The notes: generated by a model not told the origin, from the letters alone. A DNA stretch of 64,000 nt from Thermodesulfobacteriota bacterium (GCA_964291405.2 OZ219926.1:1664001-1728000), one strand, 5' to 3'. Numbered from the stretch's first letter, positions 43,830-54,572 are shown. A program made the numbers and translations.

Positions 43830-45233
43830 ATGGACTGGCCACCAGGCACCGAGGAGCGGAGTGCACTCGCTGAGGTCGAAGCGAGACTGCACAGGCTTCA
43901 GGCGCGTTTTAACCTCTATACCGCTCAACACCGCTTCTACGGTATTGGGACGGTGTTCGCTCTCGGCTTTGCGCTTTTTACTTTTTTGGCCTTCTCACTC
44001 TCTTCGTTCTGGTTCATCTTGGCGGCCTGGCCGCTCCTCGCCCTGGCCGGTTATGTCTGTTTTCGGTTTCTCCGCCAAGGGGTAGCGGACTGGACCAATC
44101 TGCACACCGCCTCCCGTCGGATCGACCTCCAGGCTGGGCTCAAACAGCGCCTGTCAACGCTGACAGCCCAGATTCTGGCGAACCCCTTCAATGGCCCTCC
44201 GGCTTCCCGCTTATGGACCTATCTTCTCCGCGATAATATGGACCGGTTGTCGCTGTGGGAGGTCAAAAAGGTCGCGCCACGGCGTATTCCCTGGAGCGTC
44301 CTGCCTTTTCTCGCCGCTCTGGCGTTCGCCTTCCTGGTGGCCTCCGTCCCGTTGCTGTCACCCGCGTCTGAACCCGAACCTTTCTCACTGACCAATCTTG
44401 AACTGATTTCCTCCGAGTTGCCTGAACGCACGGGACAGCTGGTGGACAAACGTCTGTCCATACCACCGGAAGACTTCACCGCTCGGCCATTGGACTCGCT
44501 GCCTGTTGGTGAGACATTGTCTGAGCAAGCAGACAGCCGGATGAGCTTGCAGGATCACGCAGCAGAAGAAGGTCTGGGACAGGAGCTGCTGGAACTGGCG
44601 TCTCTGCCCGAAGACCTCCAGCAAGCCCTGCGAACGGCGCTGCAAGGACTCCAGGAGTCTCAGTTGTCTCTTGACGAACAGAACGCTGCCGAGGGACGTC
44701 ACCTCCTCAACGATGAACAAGCACAGGATGTACACTCTGAGCAGCAGGCGGGGGATGCCGGCCAGCAGGCTCTTGGCGAGGGCCAGGCCGGGCAGGGTGC
44801 CGAGCGAACTGCGGCGGGCAGCCAGCAAGCTCCCGAACAGGGCAGCGGCCTCCAAAAGCTCAAACAAGCGCGTCTTGATCGGCGGAAAGCGGCAGGAGCC
44901 TTTCAATCCGCCAACCCCCAGCTTCCCCGCCGGGGGGGTCAGGCTGGCCGGGGTGGTATGGGGGCAGGGACGGGCACAGACCGACGCCTGTACGGCAACG
45001 AGGCCAATCTTGGGGGCACGCCTCAGACCTTCAGTCTGTCCCTTGATGCCAGTTTTGAGAAGAGCCATACCGGTCACGAGATTGTCAAAGATGAGGGCGG
45101 CGGGGTGATTATCAAGTCCACCAGCCAACTCAGCGCAAACCAAGCCTTGGACGATGCCATCCGAAATGCCCAGATTCCACCTGAATATGAGGACATTGTG
45201 AAACAGCTGTTTTCCCGGGGGACAGTACAGTGA
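43830..45233 (+). CDS. membrane protein with a Gln/Gly-rich tail, first gene of the MoxR-vWA cluster
   Basis: Three TM helices, ID...GLKQRLST, low-complexity G/Q region, C-terminal IPPEYEDIVKQLF. Confidence 0.8.
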   Translation: MDWPPGTEERSALAEVEARLHRLQARFNLYTAQHRFYGIGTVFALGFALFTFLAFSLSSFWFILAAWPLLALAGYVCFRFLRQGVADWTNLHTASRRIDLQAGLKQRLSTLTAQILANPFNGPPASRLWTYLLRDNMDRLSLWEVKKVAPRRIPWSVLPFLAALAFAFLVASVPLLSPASEPEPFSLTNLELISSELPERTGQLVDKRLSIPPEDFTARPLDSLPVGETLSEQADSRMSLQDHAAEEGLGQELLELASLPEDLQQALRTALQGLQESQLSLDEQNAAEGRHLLNDEQAQDVHSEQQAGDAGQQALGEGQAGQGAERTAAGSQQAPEQGSGLQKLKQARLDRRKAAGAFQSANPQLPRRGGQAGRGGMGAGTGTDRRLYGNEANLGGTPQTFSLSLDASFEKSHTGHEIVKDEGGGVIIKSTSQLSANQALDDAIRNAQIPPEYEDIVKQLFSRGTVQ

Positions 45234-46333
45234 GTGAAACGCCAAAAGGAGCAAACGTATCAACATCTCAGCATGTATTGGAGAATACGTTTACTCCTTC
45301 AACCGATCTTGTTCTTGAATTTCAGGATATCTTTCAGCGGATTCAGGCCGAATTGGCCAAGGCTATTATCGGCCATGAGGAACTTATTCAAAATATTCTG
45401 ATCGCCTTTTTTGCCGGTGGCCATGTGCTGATCGAGGGCGTACCAGGAACGGGCAAAACGCTTTTGGTGCGTTCGCTCGCCCGCGTCCTGAATCTCAGCT
45501 TTAGCCGGATTCAGTTCACCGTGGACCTGATGCCCGCAGACGTGACCGGCACCCGTATGGTTGTGGATCAAGACGACGGCCGGCGCGATTTCGTCTTTGC
45601 TGAAGGGCCGATTTTTTCTCACGTGCTGCTGGCGGATGAGATCAACCGCTCCACTCCCAAAACCCAGGCCGCACTGCTCGAAGCCATGGCCGAACTCCAG
45701 GTCACAGTGGCCGGCACAACCTATCAACTGCACCCACCCTTTTTCGTGCTGGCGACGCTCAACCCGATCGAAATGGAAGGCACCTATCCGCTGCCCGAAG
45801 CCCAGCTTGACCGCTTCTTTTTTAAGGTTCGCCTGACCTATCCCACCCACCACGAGGTCCGACGCATTATCAGCTCAACCACCACCACGACTGAGCCAGA
45901 GATTCATCCCGTTTTTTCCGAAACGGAAGCTGCCGAAAAGATTATGGCGTTTCGGCATCTGGTCCGCGATGTCCTGGTCGCCCCCCATATTGAAGAGTAT
46001 ATCGCGGCCCTGATTCATGCCACGCTGCCGGCGGACGCGCTATATATGAATCAGACCGATACGGCCGAGGTAACCTTGCCGAAAGACGACTTGGTGAGCC
46101 GCTATGTCAATTTCGGCTCAAGCCCGCGGGGTGGCCAGACCCTGATGCTGGGCGCGAAAGTCGCCGCCCTGCTCGATGGGCGGGTCAACGTTAGCTACGA
46201 CGATGTTGACCAAGTCATGATACCGGCCCTCAATCATCGGCTGGTACTCAATTTTGCCGCTGAAGCAGAGAATATTGACCCGGCCTCGATCATTGAGCGT
46301 ATTCTTCAGTCCGCCAAAAAAATCCAACGATAG
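45230..46333 (+). CDS. moxR: MoxR-family AAA+ ATPase
   Basis: GHVLIEGVPGTGKT, RIQFTVDLMPAD, LADEINR, NPIEMEGTYPLPEAQLDRF, GSSPRG. Confidence 0.96.
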   Translation: MSETPKGANVSTSQHVLENTFTPSTDLVLEFQDIFQRIQAELAKAIIGHEELIQNILIAFFAGGHVLIEGVPGTGKTLLVRSLARVLNLSFSRIQFTVDLMPADVTGTRMVVDQDDGRRDFVFAEGPIFSHVLLADEINRSTPKTQAALLEAMAELQVTVAGTTYQLHPPFFVLATLNPIEMEGTYPLPEAQLDRFFFKVRLTYPTHHEVRRIISSTTTTTEPEIHPVFSETEAAEKIMAFRHLVRDVLVAPHIEEYIAALIHATLPADALYMNQTDTAEVTLPKDDLVSRYVNFGSSPRGGQTLMLGAKVAALLDGRVNVSYDDVDQVMIPALNHRLVLNFAAEAENIDPASIIERILQSAKKIQR

Positions 46334-46347
46334 GAATAGGGCCGCGC

Positions 46348-47247
46348 GTGAGTCTGACCGATCCCGCCTTTTTCAAGCAGCTTGACCGCCTGCGTATGCG
46401 TGTCCGCGCAGCACGCGGCCACCGTCCTGGGGAGACGCCCATTCCACGCACGAGCCAGGCCTGGGGCGTAGAATTCGAGTCCTACAAAGACTATTCGCCC
46501 GGCGATGATTTTCGCTATTTAGACTGGAATGCTGCCGGGCGACTCGATCAGCTGCTAGTCAAGACGTTTACGGCTGAAAGGGAAATCCCGTTTCATCTCA
46601 TTCTCGACACCAGTGCGTCGATGGGCGCCCCTGCCGGAGACGAGAAATTTGCCCATGCCGTGGACCTGGTCACGGCGCTCAGCTATATCGTACTCTCCAG
46701 TAATAATACGCTCCGGATCGCTGCTCTGTCTGCGCCCCCGCGCCCTTTTCTGGCAACACCCTTCTTACGTCATCGCAACCGTTTTCTTCGCGTCTCCCCG
46801 TTTTTGGAAGCGCTGACACCGAGCGGGAAGACCTACCTCAGAGAGTCTGTTCAGTCGTATATTCGGCAGACCAAAGAGCCGGGTGTGGTCATCCTGGTTT
46901 CGGACTTTCTGACCCGACCCGCACAGTATGAAGCCGCCCTGCTCTTTCTGATCGCACGGGGCTATGAAGTCAAAGCCATTCAGGTGCTGGGCGAGAGCGA
47001 GCTTCGCCCGGAACGTCTTTTTCGGCGCGGCAAGCTCTACGACGTCGAAGAGCAGACCGAACGCTGGGTCACCCTCAGCCGGGCCAACCTTGAGAAATAT
47101 CATCACGCCCTATCGCTCCATTGTGACGCGCTCCAACAGTTCTGTCATAGACATCGGGTGCTCTATACGCGTCTCTCCAGCGCGCAGCCTATCACCGAAA
47201 CGGTGACGGAGGCACTCGCCCAGGTGGGACTCGTCACCCTTCACTGA
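46348..47247 (+). CDS. DUF58 domain protein
   Basis: VEFESYKDYSPGDDFRYLDWN, LDTSASM, LVSDF. Confidence 0.93.
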   Translation: MSLTDPAFFKQLDRLRMRVRAARGHRPGETPIPRTSQAWGVEFESYKDYSPGDDFRYLDWNAAGRLDQLLVKTFTAEREIPFHLILDTSASMGAPAGDEKFAHAVDLVTALSYIVLSSNNTLRIAALSAPPRPFLATPFLRHRNRFLRVSPFLEALTPSGKTYLRESVQSYIRQTKEPGVVILVSDFLTRPAQYEAALLFLIARGYEVKAIQVLGESELRPERLFRRGKLYDVEEQTERWVTLSRANLEKYHHALSLHCDALQQFCHRHRVLYTRLSSAQPITETVTEALAQVGLVTLH

Positions 47248-47263
47248 GCATCTTCTGCGGCGT

Positions 47264-49147
47264 ATGGGCATCCTCAATCCAGCGGCCTTACCGTTCGTTT
47301 CCCTGCTCGGCGTTCTGCTCCTGATCTATCTGCGCCAGCGGACCCGCACCCGTATTGAAGTCCCCAGCCTCCTGTTCTGGACAGACGTTCCAGAAGATCG
47401 TGTGCGGTCCAGACGCTTCCGGCCCGACCTCCTCTTTCTCCTTCAGATCCTGCTCCTCCTGCTACTGATTGGGGGATTACTGCATCCGTACTGGTCACGC
47501 ACGGTGACCGAAACGCGCGGAGACCGGCAGATTCTCGTCTTCGATCTGTCGGCGAGCATGCAGGCTTACGAAAACGGCGTCCGTCGATTTGACCTGGCCC
47601 TGGACCAAGCCAAAGATGTACTCCATGATCTGGCACCGCTTGACGAAGTCATGCTCATCGGCATTGCGGCCCGACCCCAGGTCATCAGCGGTTTTACCAC
47701 AGACCATCGTTTGGTGTTGCACCGCCTCGAAGGCCTCCGGCCGCAGGATACGGGCACCCAGTTGGAGCTGGGCATCGAACTCGCCCTCGTTCAGCGTGAC
47801 CGGGCCGGACGTCAGGCCCAGATCCATGTTTTTACCGACCTGCCGTCCAACCAGTTGAGTCTGTCAGAGACACAGCAACAGGCGTTGACCTATCATCGTG
47901 TGGGTGAGACAGACGACAATATGGCTTTGGCCTCGGTCCACGTCTACCAGAATCCCTTCCAGGACTACTCCCAGGCCCAGGCCTATATTCTCGTTCGCAA
48001 TTACGCCAATCGCACAAAAACGGCGACGTTGCGCGTCGAACTCAATGGCCAGGCAGTCTTTCAGGAAGCATTCAGCCTCTCGGCCAACAACACCCGCTCG
48101 TTCTCTTTAGGAGGTTTTACCGGGCCGGGGCAGCTTGCCGTTCATCTTGAGTCCGAGGATGCCTTAGCCGTCGACAATCACGCCCTCAACTGGGTGGCTG
48201 AACGCCGTTCGTGGCAATTAGTCCTGGTCTCTCCGGCTGCTCACCTGCACCAGGAAGTCCAGCAGCTCAGTCGTGCATTACCCGGCGTGACGCTGCATAG
48301 CACCATGCCCGAGGACTTCTCGCCCACTCAAGTGAGCGAACAGGATGTCGTCCTTTTCCACCAGTTTGTTCCAGACGGGGTCGTTCCCGCCAATAGCCTC
48401 TACATCTTTCCACCAGTTGAAAACTCGCTCTTTCCTGTGCTGACCGAGGCCGCGGACCTGACAATTCTGGACTGGAACGACGAGCACGAAATTTTACATA
48501 ACCTACAATATGTTGAGGCCCTGCCGTTCAAGCAGGCTCGTATCCTCGCCCTCCCCTCCTGGGCCCAGGTGCTTATTTCCTCAAAGACCAACCACGGCGA
48601 GATCCCGCTTGCTCTGACCGGAGAGAGGGATGGCCAGCGTATTGTCTGCCTGGCCTTTGATCTCGGTGCGGGAAATCTTACCGACTCGGACAATCTGACC
48701 CTGCTCGTCCTCTTTCTCAATGCCCTGCGCTGGCTGCGCCCGCCCAACCCGCTCGACCCTCACATGTTGCCCGCCGGAGACGTGTTCTTTCTCCCCACAG
48801 ACGCTCCCCTTGACGGCGCACGCCTCTCCACGCCTCAAACTGAAGTGCAGGTCCTTGAAGCCGACACCGTGCCGCTCGATCAGGTGGGCATCTACCGGAT
48901 TGAGACTGATACCTATCATGCGGAACTGTACGCTAATCTTTTTGACGAAGCCGAGTCCAACATTGGCCGACAGATCGTGGACGAGACACAGCCATCCGTG
49001 TCGCCGGGGGTTCGTACCTCACCCGAAGCCGTACAGCGCGAAATTCCGGTCGAGTTTGGCCAGAGCCTGTACTGGCTGGCCGCTCTTCTACTCTTTGGTG
49101 AGTGGCTCTACGCCTTGTGGCGCTCTCCGCTGGAGGGTGTGTCATGA
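47264..49147 (+). CDS. BatA-type N-terminal double-TM vWA domain protein
   Basis: NPAAL...LIYL...VPSLLFW; MIDAS DLSAS; VFTD; C-terminal TM. Confidence 0.9.
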   Translation: MGILNPAALPFVSLLGVLLLIYLRQRTRTRIEVPSLLFWTDVPEDRVRSRRFRPDLLFLLQILLLLLLIGGLLHPYWSRTVTETRGDRQILVFDLSASMQAYENGVRRFDLALDQAKDVLHDLAPLDEVMLIGIAARPQVISGFTTDHRLVLHRLEGLRPQDTGTQLELGIELALVQRDRAGRQAQIHVFTDLPSNQLSLSETQQQALTYHRVGETDDNMALASVHVYQNPFQDYSQAQAYILVRNYANRTKTATLRVELNGQAVFQEAFSLSANNTRSFSLGGFTGPGQLAVHLESEDALAVDNHALNWVAERRSWQLVLVSPAAHLHQEVQQLSRALPGVTLHSTMPEDFSPTQVSEQDVVLFHQFVPDGVVPANSLYIFPPVENSLFPVLTEAADLTILDWNDEHEILHNLQYVEALPFKQARILALPSWAQVLISSKTNHGEIPLALTGERDGQRIVCLAFDLGAGNLTDSDNLTLLVLFLNALRWLRPPNPLDPHMLPAGDVFFLPTDAPLDGARLSTPQTEVQVLEADTVPLDQVGIYRIETDTYHAELYANLFDEAESNIGRQIVDETQPSVSPGVRTSPEAVQREIPVEFGQSLYWLAALLLFGEWLYALWRSPLEGVS

Positions 49148-51795
49148 CCGCGGAAGTTTTTGGCCAGGCGTACACGATTCTGTCGCCGAAGTTCTTGTGG
49201 CTGCTGCTGCTGCTGCCCCTGCTGTGGCTGCCCTTACACGGCCGCTCCCAGCGACGCGTGCTCCTGGGCGCAGCGCTCCTGAGAACGGTGGCCGCTCTCC
49301 TGCTTATTCTGGCTCTGGCCGGTCTGAGCCATCAGACCATTCTGTCCGATCAGCGCTTAGCCGTTGTGGCGGCTGTTGATACCTCAGACAGTATGGCCGC
49401 AGAAGCCCGGACCTGGATGCAGACCTATCTGGATCAACTCAAAGAAGCGCTCTCGGCACAAGATGAGTTCGCCATTCTCTCATTTGCAGCGGATACTCAG
49501 CTCGTTCTCGCTCCCGGTCCGGCAGCCCAGGCGCTCCTGCCCGAGTCGCTACCGTCGTCTGACCGCGCAACCAGTACCAATATTGCGCAAGCGCTTGAAC
49601 GCTCCTTTGCCCTGTATCCCGAGGGGGCGGAAAAACGTCTCCTCCTCCTGACCGACGGCAACGAGACAACGGGCATGGCCCGCCAGACCGTCGCCGCAGC
49701 CCGTCAAATGGGCATCGCCATTTATCCGGTCATTCCCCCCGGCGGACAACAGGCCGAAGTCTCCCTGGAAAAATTCGTGGTTCCGCCGTTGACCCGTGAG
49801 GGCAGCGTCTTTGATATGCGCCTCGTTGTCCGCAACGGCCATGGCCAGCCGGTTCCGGGCAGGGCGGACATCTATGCCGACGACCGGCTCCTGACCCGTC
49901 AGGCGGTGAGTCTGGAACCCGGCCTGTCGGTTCTGGAAATTCCCGCTCAAATCCTTCAGCGTGGGAACTATCTGCTGCGAGCCGAGGTTCAGACGGACGC
50001 CGATACCATCACCGGGAACAACACCCAGAGTACAAGTCTGGCCGTTGCCGGGAAAACGCGTGCCCTGGTCATTACCGACAACCCCAAGACCCACCTGGCA
50101 CACGCCCTGCGCCTCAAAGAAGTGGATATTGAGTTCCGACGTCCCGAGGGTCTGCCAACCAGTCTGCCTCGGCTGCTCGACTATAATAGCGTGGTCTTTG
50201 ACGACATTGGCCGCAAAGACGTGACACAGCGCCAGATGACCGCCATCGAGCGCTATGTCCGCGACTTTGGTGGGGGCTTTCTCATGGCCGGCGGGACGCG
50301 GACGTTTGGAACGCTCGACTATCAAAACTCCGCCATAGAACGGCTCTTGCCGGTCTCCTTTCACGAGCAGCGTCCGCAGAAAAAGAAGCGGATTCCGATC
50401 GCCCTCTTTTTATTGATCGATCGCTCAAACAGCATGGGCTACAACAGCCGCGTGCGCGGTCTGCACGACGGTCAAAAGATGGAGTATGCGCAGAAGGCGG
50501 CCATCGCTGTCCTGGGTCAACTCAAAAACACCGATCTGGCGGGCGCCATTGCCTTTGACTCAGAAGCCTATGCCCTGTCCGCATTAAGGCGGCTGTCACA
50601 GAACCGCTCGACGCTACGGAGTCGCATCGGGCGCCTCCGGTATGGCGGCGGGACGGATTTCTATAACGCCCTGGAAGCTGCGGCCGATCAGTTGAGTCGG
50701 AGTCGGCGATCCATTCGGCATATTATTCTCCTCACGGATGGCGATACTAACCGCAGCCCGAACGATCATTATCCTCTGATCAAAACCATTGCCCAGCGCC
50801 AGATCTCGATTACGACCATTCGGATTGGGAGCGATACCGTTAACCTGCAACTCCTGTCGTATATGTCGGAAAAAACGGGCGGGCGCTTCTACCATGTTGA
50901 AGACGCCACCATGCTGCCCCAACTCTTGGTGCGGGACACCCGTCAGACCCTGCGCCGGCAAGGTCAGGAAGACGAGGGCCCTAAGGATATCGTCCCCCAG
51001 GTCGGCGTCCGGGGACAAATTTTACGCGGCTTGTCCGACTTCCCGGCCCTGGACGAATATATGCTGACCAAGCCCAAGAAGCGGGCGAACGTCCAGCTCT
51101 ATACCGACGTCCACGGCGAACAGGACCCGCTCCTGGCCACCTGGCAGTACGGTCTGGGCAAGGTCGTTGTCGTGCCGTTTGATCCGAGCGGCGCCGGCTC
51201 AGGAGACTGGATACGCTGGGAACGCTTCGGGAAATTCTGGTCTCAGGCGGTTCGCTGGGCCATGCGGAATGAAACACCGCTGGACTATCGACTGAGCGCA
51301 ACCAAGCGCGGCGAACGCACGATCCTCCGGGTCGAATCCTTTGACAATACGGAGGACAGCATCCTCCAGGCCCGCCTAGCCAGCGGAACCCGAAGCGAGA
51401 CTCTAACCCTCATGCCGGTTGCCCCGCGTATCTCCGAAGCCGTCCTGCCCGCTCGCTATACGGGCAACGTCCCTGTCACCATCGTCAAACGCAGAGGCAA
51501 TACGATTCTGAATCAGCGGAGTCAGACGGTTCTGGTTGGACAAGAAGTGGACGGCGCGTTGAGAGAATATCGCCAGCAACAGCCCAACCGGCCCTTGCTG
51601 CACGCCCTGGCCGAAGGAACGGGCGGCAGCCTCAACCCGACGTTTGACGAACTCACTTCCCACGTCCGGGGCGGCCGGAAAGTCCTCCTCCACCCGCTCG
51701 AAAATACCCTTATTGTCATCGCCCTCTTCTTCCTCCTGGCCGACATCGCCCTGCGGGTTTTGTTCGGCCCACCGCCCGAGACCTCACCGCTCTGA
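49144..51795 (+). CDS. dual-vWA protein with a glutamine-amidotransferase-like domain
   Basis: MIDAS motifs DTSDS and DRSNS, two LLTDG, YVRDFGGGFLMAGG, PLLATWQYGLGK. Confidence 0.9.
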   Translation: MTAEVFGQAYTILSPKFLWLLLLLPLLWLPLHGRSQRRVLLGAALLRTVAALLLILALAGLSHQTILSDQRLAVVAAVDTSDSMAAEARTWMQTYLDQLKEALSAQDEFAILSFAADTQLVLAPGPAAQALLPESLPSSDRATSTNIAQALERSFALYPEGAEKRLLLLTDGNETTGMARQTVAAARQMGIAIYPVIPPGGQQAEVSLEKFVVPPLTREGSVFDMRLVVRNGHGQPVPGRADIYADDRLLTRQAVSLEPGLSVLEIPAQILQRGNYLLRAEVQTDADTITGNNTQSTSLAVAGKTRALVITDNPKTHLAHALRLKEVDIEFRRPEGLPTSLPRLLDYNSVVFDDIGRKDVTQRQMTAIERYVRDFGGGFLMAGGTRTFGTLDYQNSAIERLLPVSFHEQRPQKKKRIPIALFLLIDRSNSMGYNSRVRGLHDGQKMEYAQKAAIAVLGQLKNTDLAGAIAFDSEAYALSALRRLSQNRSTLRSRIGRLRYGGGTDFYNALEAAADQLSRSRRSIRHIILLTDGDTNRSPNDHYPLIKTIAQRQISITTIRIGSDTVNLQLLSYMSEKTGGRFYHVEDATMLPQLLVRDTRQTLRRQGQEDEGPKDIVPQVGVRGQILRGLSDFPALDEYMLTKPKKRANVQLYTDVHGEQDPLLATWQYGLGKVVVVPFDPSGAGSGDWIRWERFGKFWSQAVRWAMRNETPLDYRLSATKRGERTILRVESFDNTEDSILQARLASGTRSETLTLMPVAPRISEAVLPARYTGNVPVTIVKRRGNTILNQRSQTVLVGQEVDGALREYRQQQPNRPLLHALAEGTGGSLNPTFDELTSHVRGGRKVLLHPLENTLIVIALFFLLADIALRVLFGPPPETSPL

Positions 51796-51909
51796 TTTTC
51801 TTGATAAGCAACCATCCAGGGAAAGAATGCACATGCGGTGTGGTAGTGGCCGGGGAGTTTTCCAGCTATGTATAACCGCCGTGGGACAACAACCTAGCGG
51901 AAGCCGTCT

Positions 51910-52248
51910 ATGCCGATTGCCAGAAACAATATGACCACGACCCCCGCAGTTCCGGGTCGCACCATTCAGGAAGCGCTTGGCATTGTCAGCGCCGAGTGTG
52001 TTTTGGGTATCAACGTCTTTCGGGATATGCTCGGAGGCCTGCGGGACTTTTTTGGAGGCCGAAGCGGCACCCACCAAAAAGCGCTACGGGAAGCCAAGGA
52101 CACCTGCCTGGAAGAACTCGCAGAGCAAGCCTCGCAGCTCGGTGCCGATGCGGTTGTCGGTGTCGATATGGATTACAGCGAAATCAGCGGCGGAGGAAAA
52201 GGCATGTTGTTGCTGGTCGCGACTGGAACGGCAGTTCGGCTGAAATAG
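51910..52248 (+). CDS. YbjQ/UPF0145 family protein
   Basis: LGIVSAE...N.FRD...RDFFGGRS, LGADAVVGVDMDY, VATGTAV. Start may be 51931. Confidence 0.92.
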   Translation: MPIARNNMTTTPAVPGRTIQEALGIVSAECVLGINVFRDMLGGLRDFFGGRSGTHQKALREAKDTCLEELAEQASQLGADAVVGVDMDYSEISGGGKGMLLLVATGTAVRLK

Positions 52249-52306
52249 CGACTGAGAGATTCCCTGCCGAAACCCGAGAGAGAACCATACCAGAAAAGAT
52301 TGTACA

Positions 52307-52666
52307 GTGAGCCACTTCCCGAATTTCCGTAGTGTGAAAGTGCCGAATCCATATATCCGCGCGGTCTTGTGCGCGAGCCTGATCGTGCTCGGAGCGTCCT
52401 GCTCCTGGCTGCCGTTTAGCAGAGGCTGCTGTGATGAGGATCGCGACCTGGGCGTCACCTATCTTCAGGAGCCGGGACAATTTCAGACCGCAACACCAAC
52501 GTATGGCAGAGCCCGTGACATTGACCCTGGGGCGGGAGAAACCATTACCAAGCCAGGCTTGCTCTCGAAGTATAATCCGTTCAAGGGCTTTATGGACGAA
52601 GACGAAAACGAGCCGGTCGCCTCAAGCGACGACGATGGATTCTTCGGGAATTTATTCCCGTTTTGA
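52307..52666 (+). CDS. hypothetical lipoprotein
   Basis: Hydrophobic stretch plus LGAS-C lipobox; acidic tail. Confidence 0.6.
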   Translation: MSHFPNFRSVKVPNPYIRAVLCASLIVLGASCSWLPFSRGCCDEDRDLGVTYLQEPGQFQTATPTYGRARDIDPGAGETITKPGLLSKYNPFKGFMDEDENEPVASSDDDGFFGNLFPF

Positions 52667-52674
52667 TCCCTGCC

Positions 52675-53868
52675 CTAGTGCAGTGGCTTCTCGCCAACAA
52701 GGACGAGGACGCCGGAATACTGGTGGACGATGGCTTGGCGCTGCACGGGAGCAATTTCGCAGCCGGTAAAAAACCCGATAACCGGCACATCGGCCAGGTA
52801 TTGGTTGATATAAGAAGAGTCGATATCGGGAATCCCGTAGAGCCCGCTTCCACGTCCGACACAGTTGAAATAGAGACCAAATGCCGGGCGGCCATGTTGC
52901 CAGCTCCGGTCCTGCGCTTCCAGCTCACGTTTCAGGTCGGTCCGTGCGCCGTTCCCATCGCGTAAGGTGAAGACCAGCTTCTGGCCTTCGACAATCTGGT
53001 CCGCCACCGCAATAATCCCGCGCTCCGGATCAAAGCCCACAAGATTCCGCACGACGTATTCGCCAGGGGCAATATGCTGGCGTTCGGCGTCGACCGGCAG
53101 GCCAACGAAGATATAGGCCGCGGCACGGCGCAGGTCCTCGCGGAGTTGAGGGCTCACACATTCGGCAAAGACCTCAAACGCCGGCCTGCCGTCGAGCTCA
53201 AGGATGAGATTGTTGTGGGCTTTCGTAACCCGATGTACGGGACTCACCGGTTGGCAGGCCTGGGTGATACCAATGGTATAGGTGAATTGGCCGCTCAGCA
53301 GCGCTCCACTTACGGCGTCACTGCTGACCGTGTCTCCGCACAGCTGGAAGGTCTCACCAACACTCCCGTCCTCAGACGCCCCGCCTCCAACAAAAGGCAC
53401 GTCCGAGAGCCCGCCCTCAGCGATTCCGTCAAAGAACGTCTGAGAGTCAAAATTATACGTATCGGGGAAGACAAGGGCGAGATTTTCGGGACCGAGGTGA
53501 GGGGTCAGGCTGGACACGACCTCCCGGCCGACCGTGCGCGCCCGGCCACGCAGTTGGGGAACAAAGAAGCGCTGGGCGGACAGCCTGTCCGAGCGCACGG
53601 CTAACACCGCGATACCCGGCGCGCGTTCCACCTCTCCAGCCGAGGTCAGCACGCCACCGGCACTACAGCCAACAACCTGACTGGCTTGCGTTTCAGTGCG
53701 GACCGTACGCAGAACGCGCCCGTACCCGGCCCCGTGGTGCGCGGTGGCAAAGACCAGGGCAAAGTCAGCGCGATCGCCCCCTGCCTGGCTCAAGGCCGCC
53801 TGGGCCGCTTCCCGCGTGGCCTGTTCGGTATCCGGTTGTTTTGAGAGACCAACTCCAGCAGTGAGCAT
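52675..53868 (-). CDS. stand-alone FIST (NosP-like) sensory domain protein
   Basis: VGCSAGG, GGGAS, QACQPV, ILELDGRPA, YFNCVGRG, GFFTGCEI. Confidence 0.92.
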   Translation of the reverse strand: MLTAGVGLSKQPDTEQATREAAQAALSQAGGDRADFALVFATAHHGAGYGRVLRTVRTETQASQVVGCSAGGVLTSAGEVERAPGIAVLAVRSDRLSAQRFFVPQLRGRARTVGREVVSSLTPHLGPENLALVFPDTYNFDSQTFFDGIAEGGLSDVPFVGGGASEDGSVGETFQLCGDTVSSDAVSGALLSGQFTYTIGITQACQPVSPVHRVTKAHNNLILELDGRPAFEVFAECVSPQLREDLRRAAAYIFVGLPVDAERQHIAPGEYVVRNLVGFDPERGIIAVADQIVEGQKLVFTLRDGNGARTDLKRELEAQDRSWQHGRPAFGLYFNCVGRGSGLYGIPDIDSSYINQYLADVPVIGFFTGCEIAPVQRQAIVHQYSGVLVLVGEKPLH

Positions 53869-53888
53869 ACATGCTCCTCACAACCGGC

Positions 53889-54572
53889 CTAGTCCGGTTT
53901 CTTGAGGCCGAGCCGTTCGTAATATTTCTCCGGGACTTTGTCCGGGTCTTTATAAATAATAAAAGAACAGTGCTCTTTTCCGAGAACGGCGGCCGGCTCG
54001 ACCACGACAAAAGGTTTCCCGTTTTTTTCGATGTCAACCAACTCCATCGGCGGCTCGTGGGCACAGTACACGGGAAAGTCGGCACGGTTATAGGTCATCC
54101 GCTGTGGCTTTTCCACCGTATGAAAGGCGTCGGGTCCGTCGTATTTGCCTTCGAGGACCATGCGGCCTCCACTACCGCAGGGACGCATCTGAATAACAAC
54201 CTTTTCCTCATCCTCTTCAATATGCATAGGCTGAAGATGGCCTCGCAGACCGGCAATAAACATCTTGATCTTCCGGGGCAGCTCTTGAGGGTCCTGCGGC
54301 ATTTTTTCCAAATTCGGCAGCCACCAGGCTTTCACGCCGGCCATCATGACCTCTTCCAGCACCTCGTCGCCAAAGCGTTTCCCCACCTCGCTCAGTGTCG
54401 CGGTCGTCCAGTTCCGGTACAGATCGTGCATCCCGAGGAATTCATTATACATGCGCTGCGCAATCTTCTTGGCCTGCTCCGCATCCCCGGCGTCAATGGC
54501 TTCCGTTAAGCGGTCCACCGTTCGTTTTCCCATTTCACGGATTTCTTCTTCGGAAAAAAGGCGCTCACTCAT
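53889..54572 (-). CDS. conserved-looking hypothetical protein with PCGSGGR, YCAH and C motifs
   Basis: ATG 54572 after AGGAGGGG; co-oriented 20 bp upstream of the FIST gene. Confidence 0.8.
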   Translation of the reverse strand: MSERLFSEEEIREMGKRTVDRLTEAIDAGDAEQAKKIAQRMYNEFLGMHDLYRNWTTATLSEVGKRFGDEVLEEVMMAGVKAWWLPNLEKMPQDPQELPRKIKMFIAGLRGHLQPMHIEEDEEKVVIQMRPCGSGGRMVLEGKYDGPDAFHTVEKPQRMTYNRADFPVYCAHEPPMELVDIEKNGKPFVVVEPAAVLGKEHCSFIIYKDPDKVPEKYYERLGLKKPD

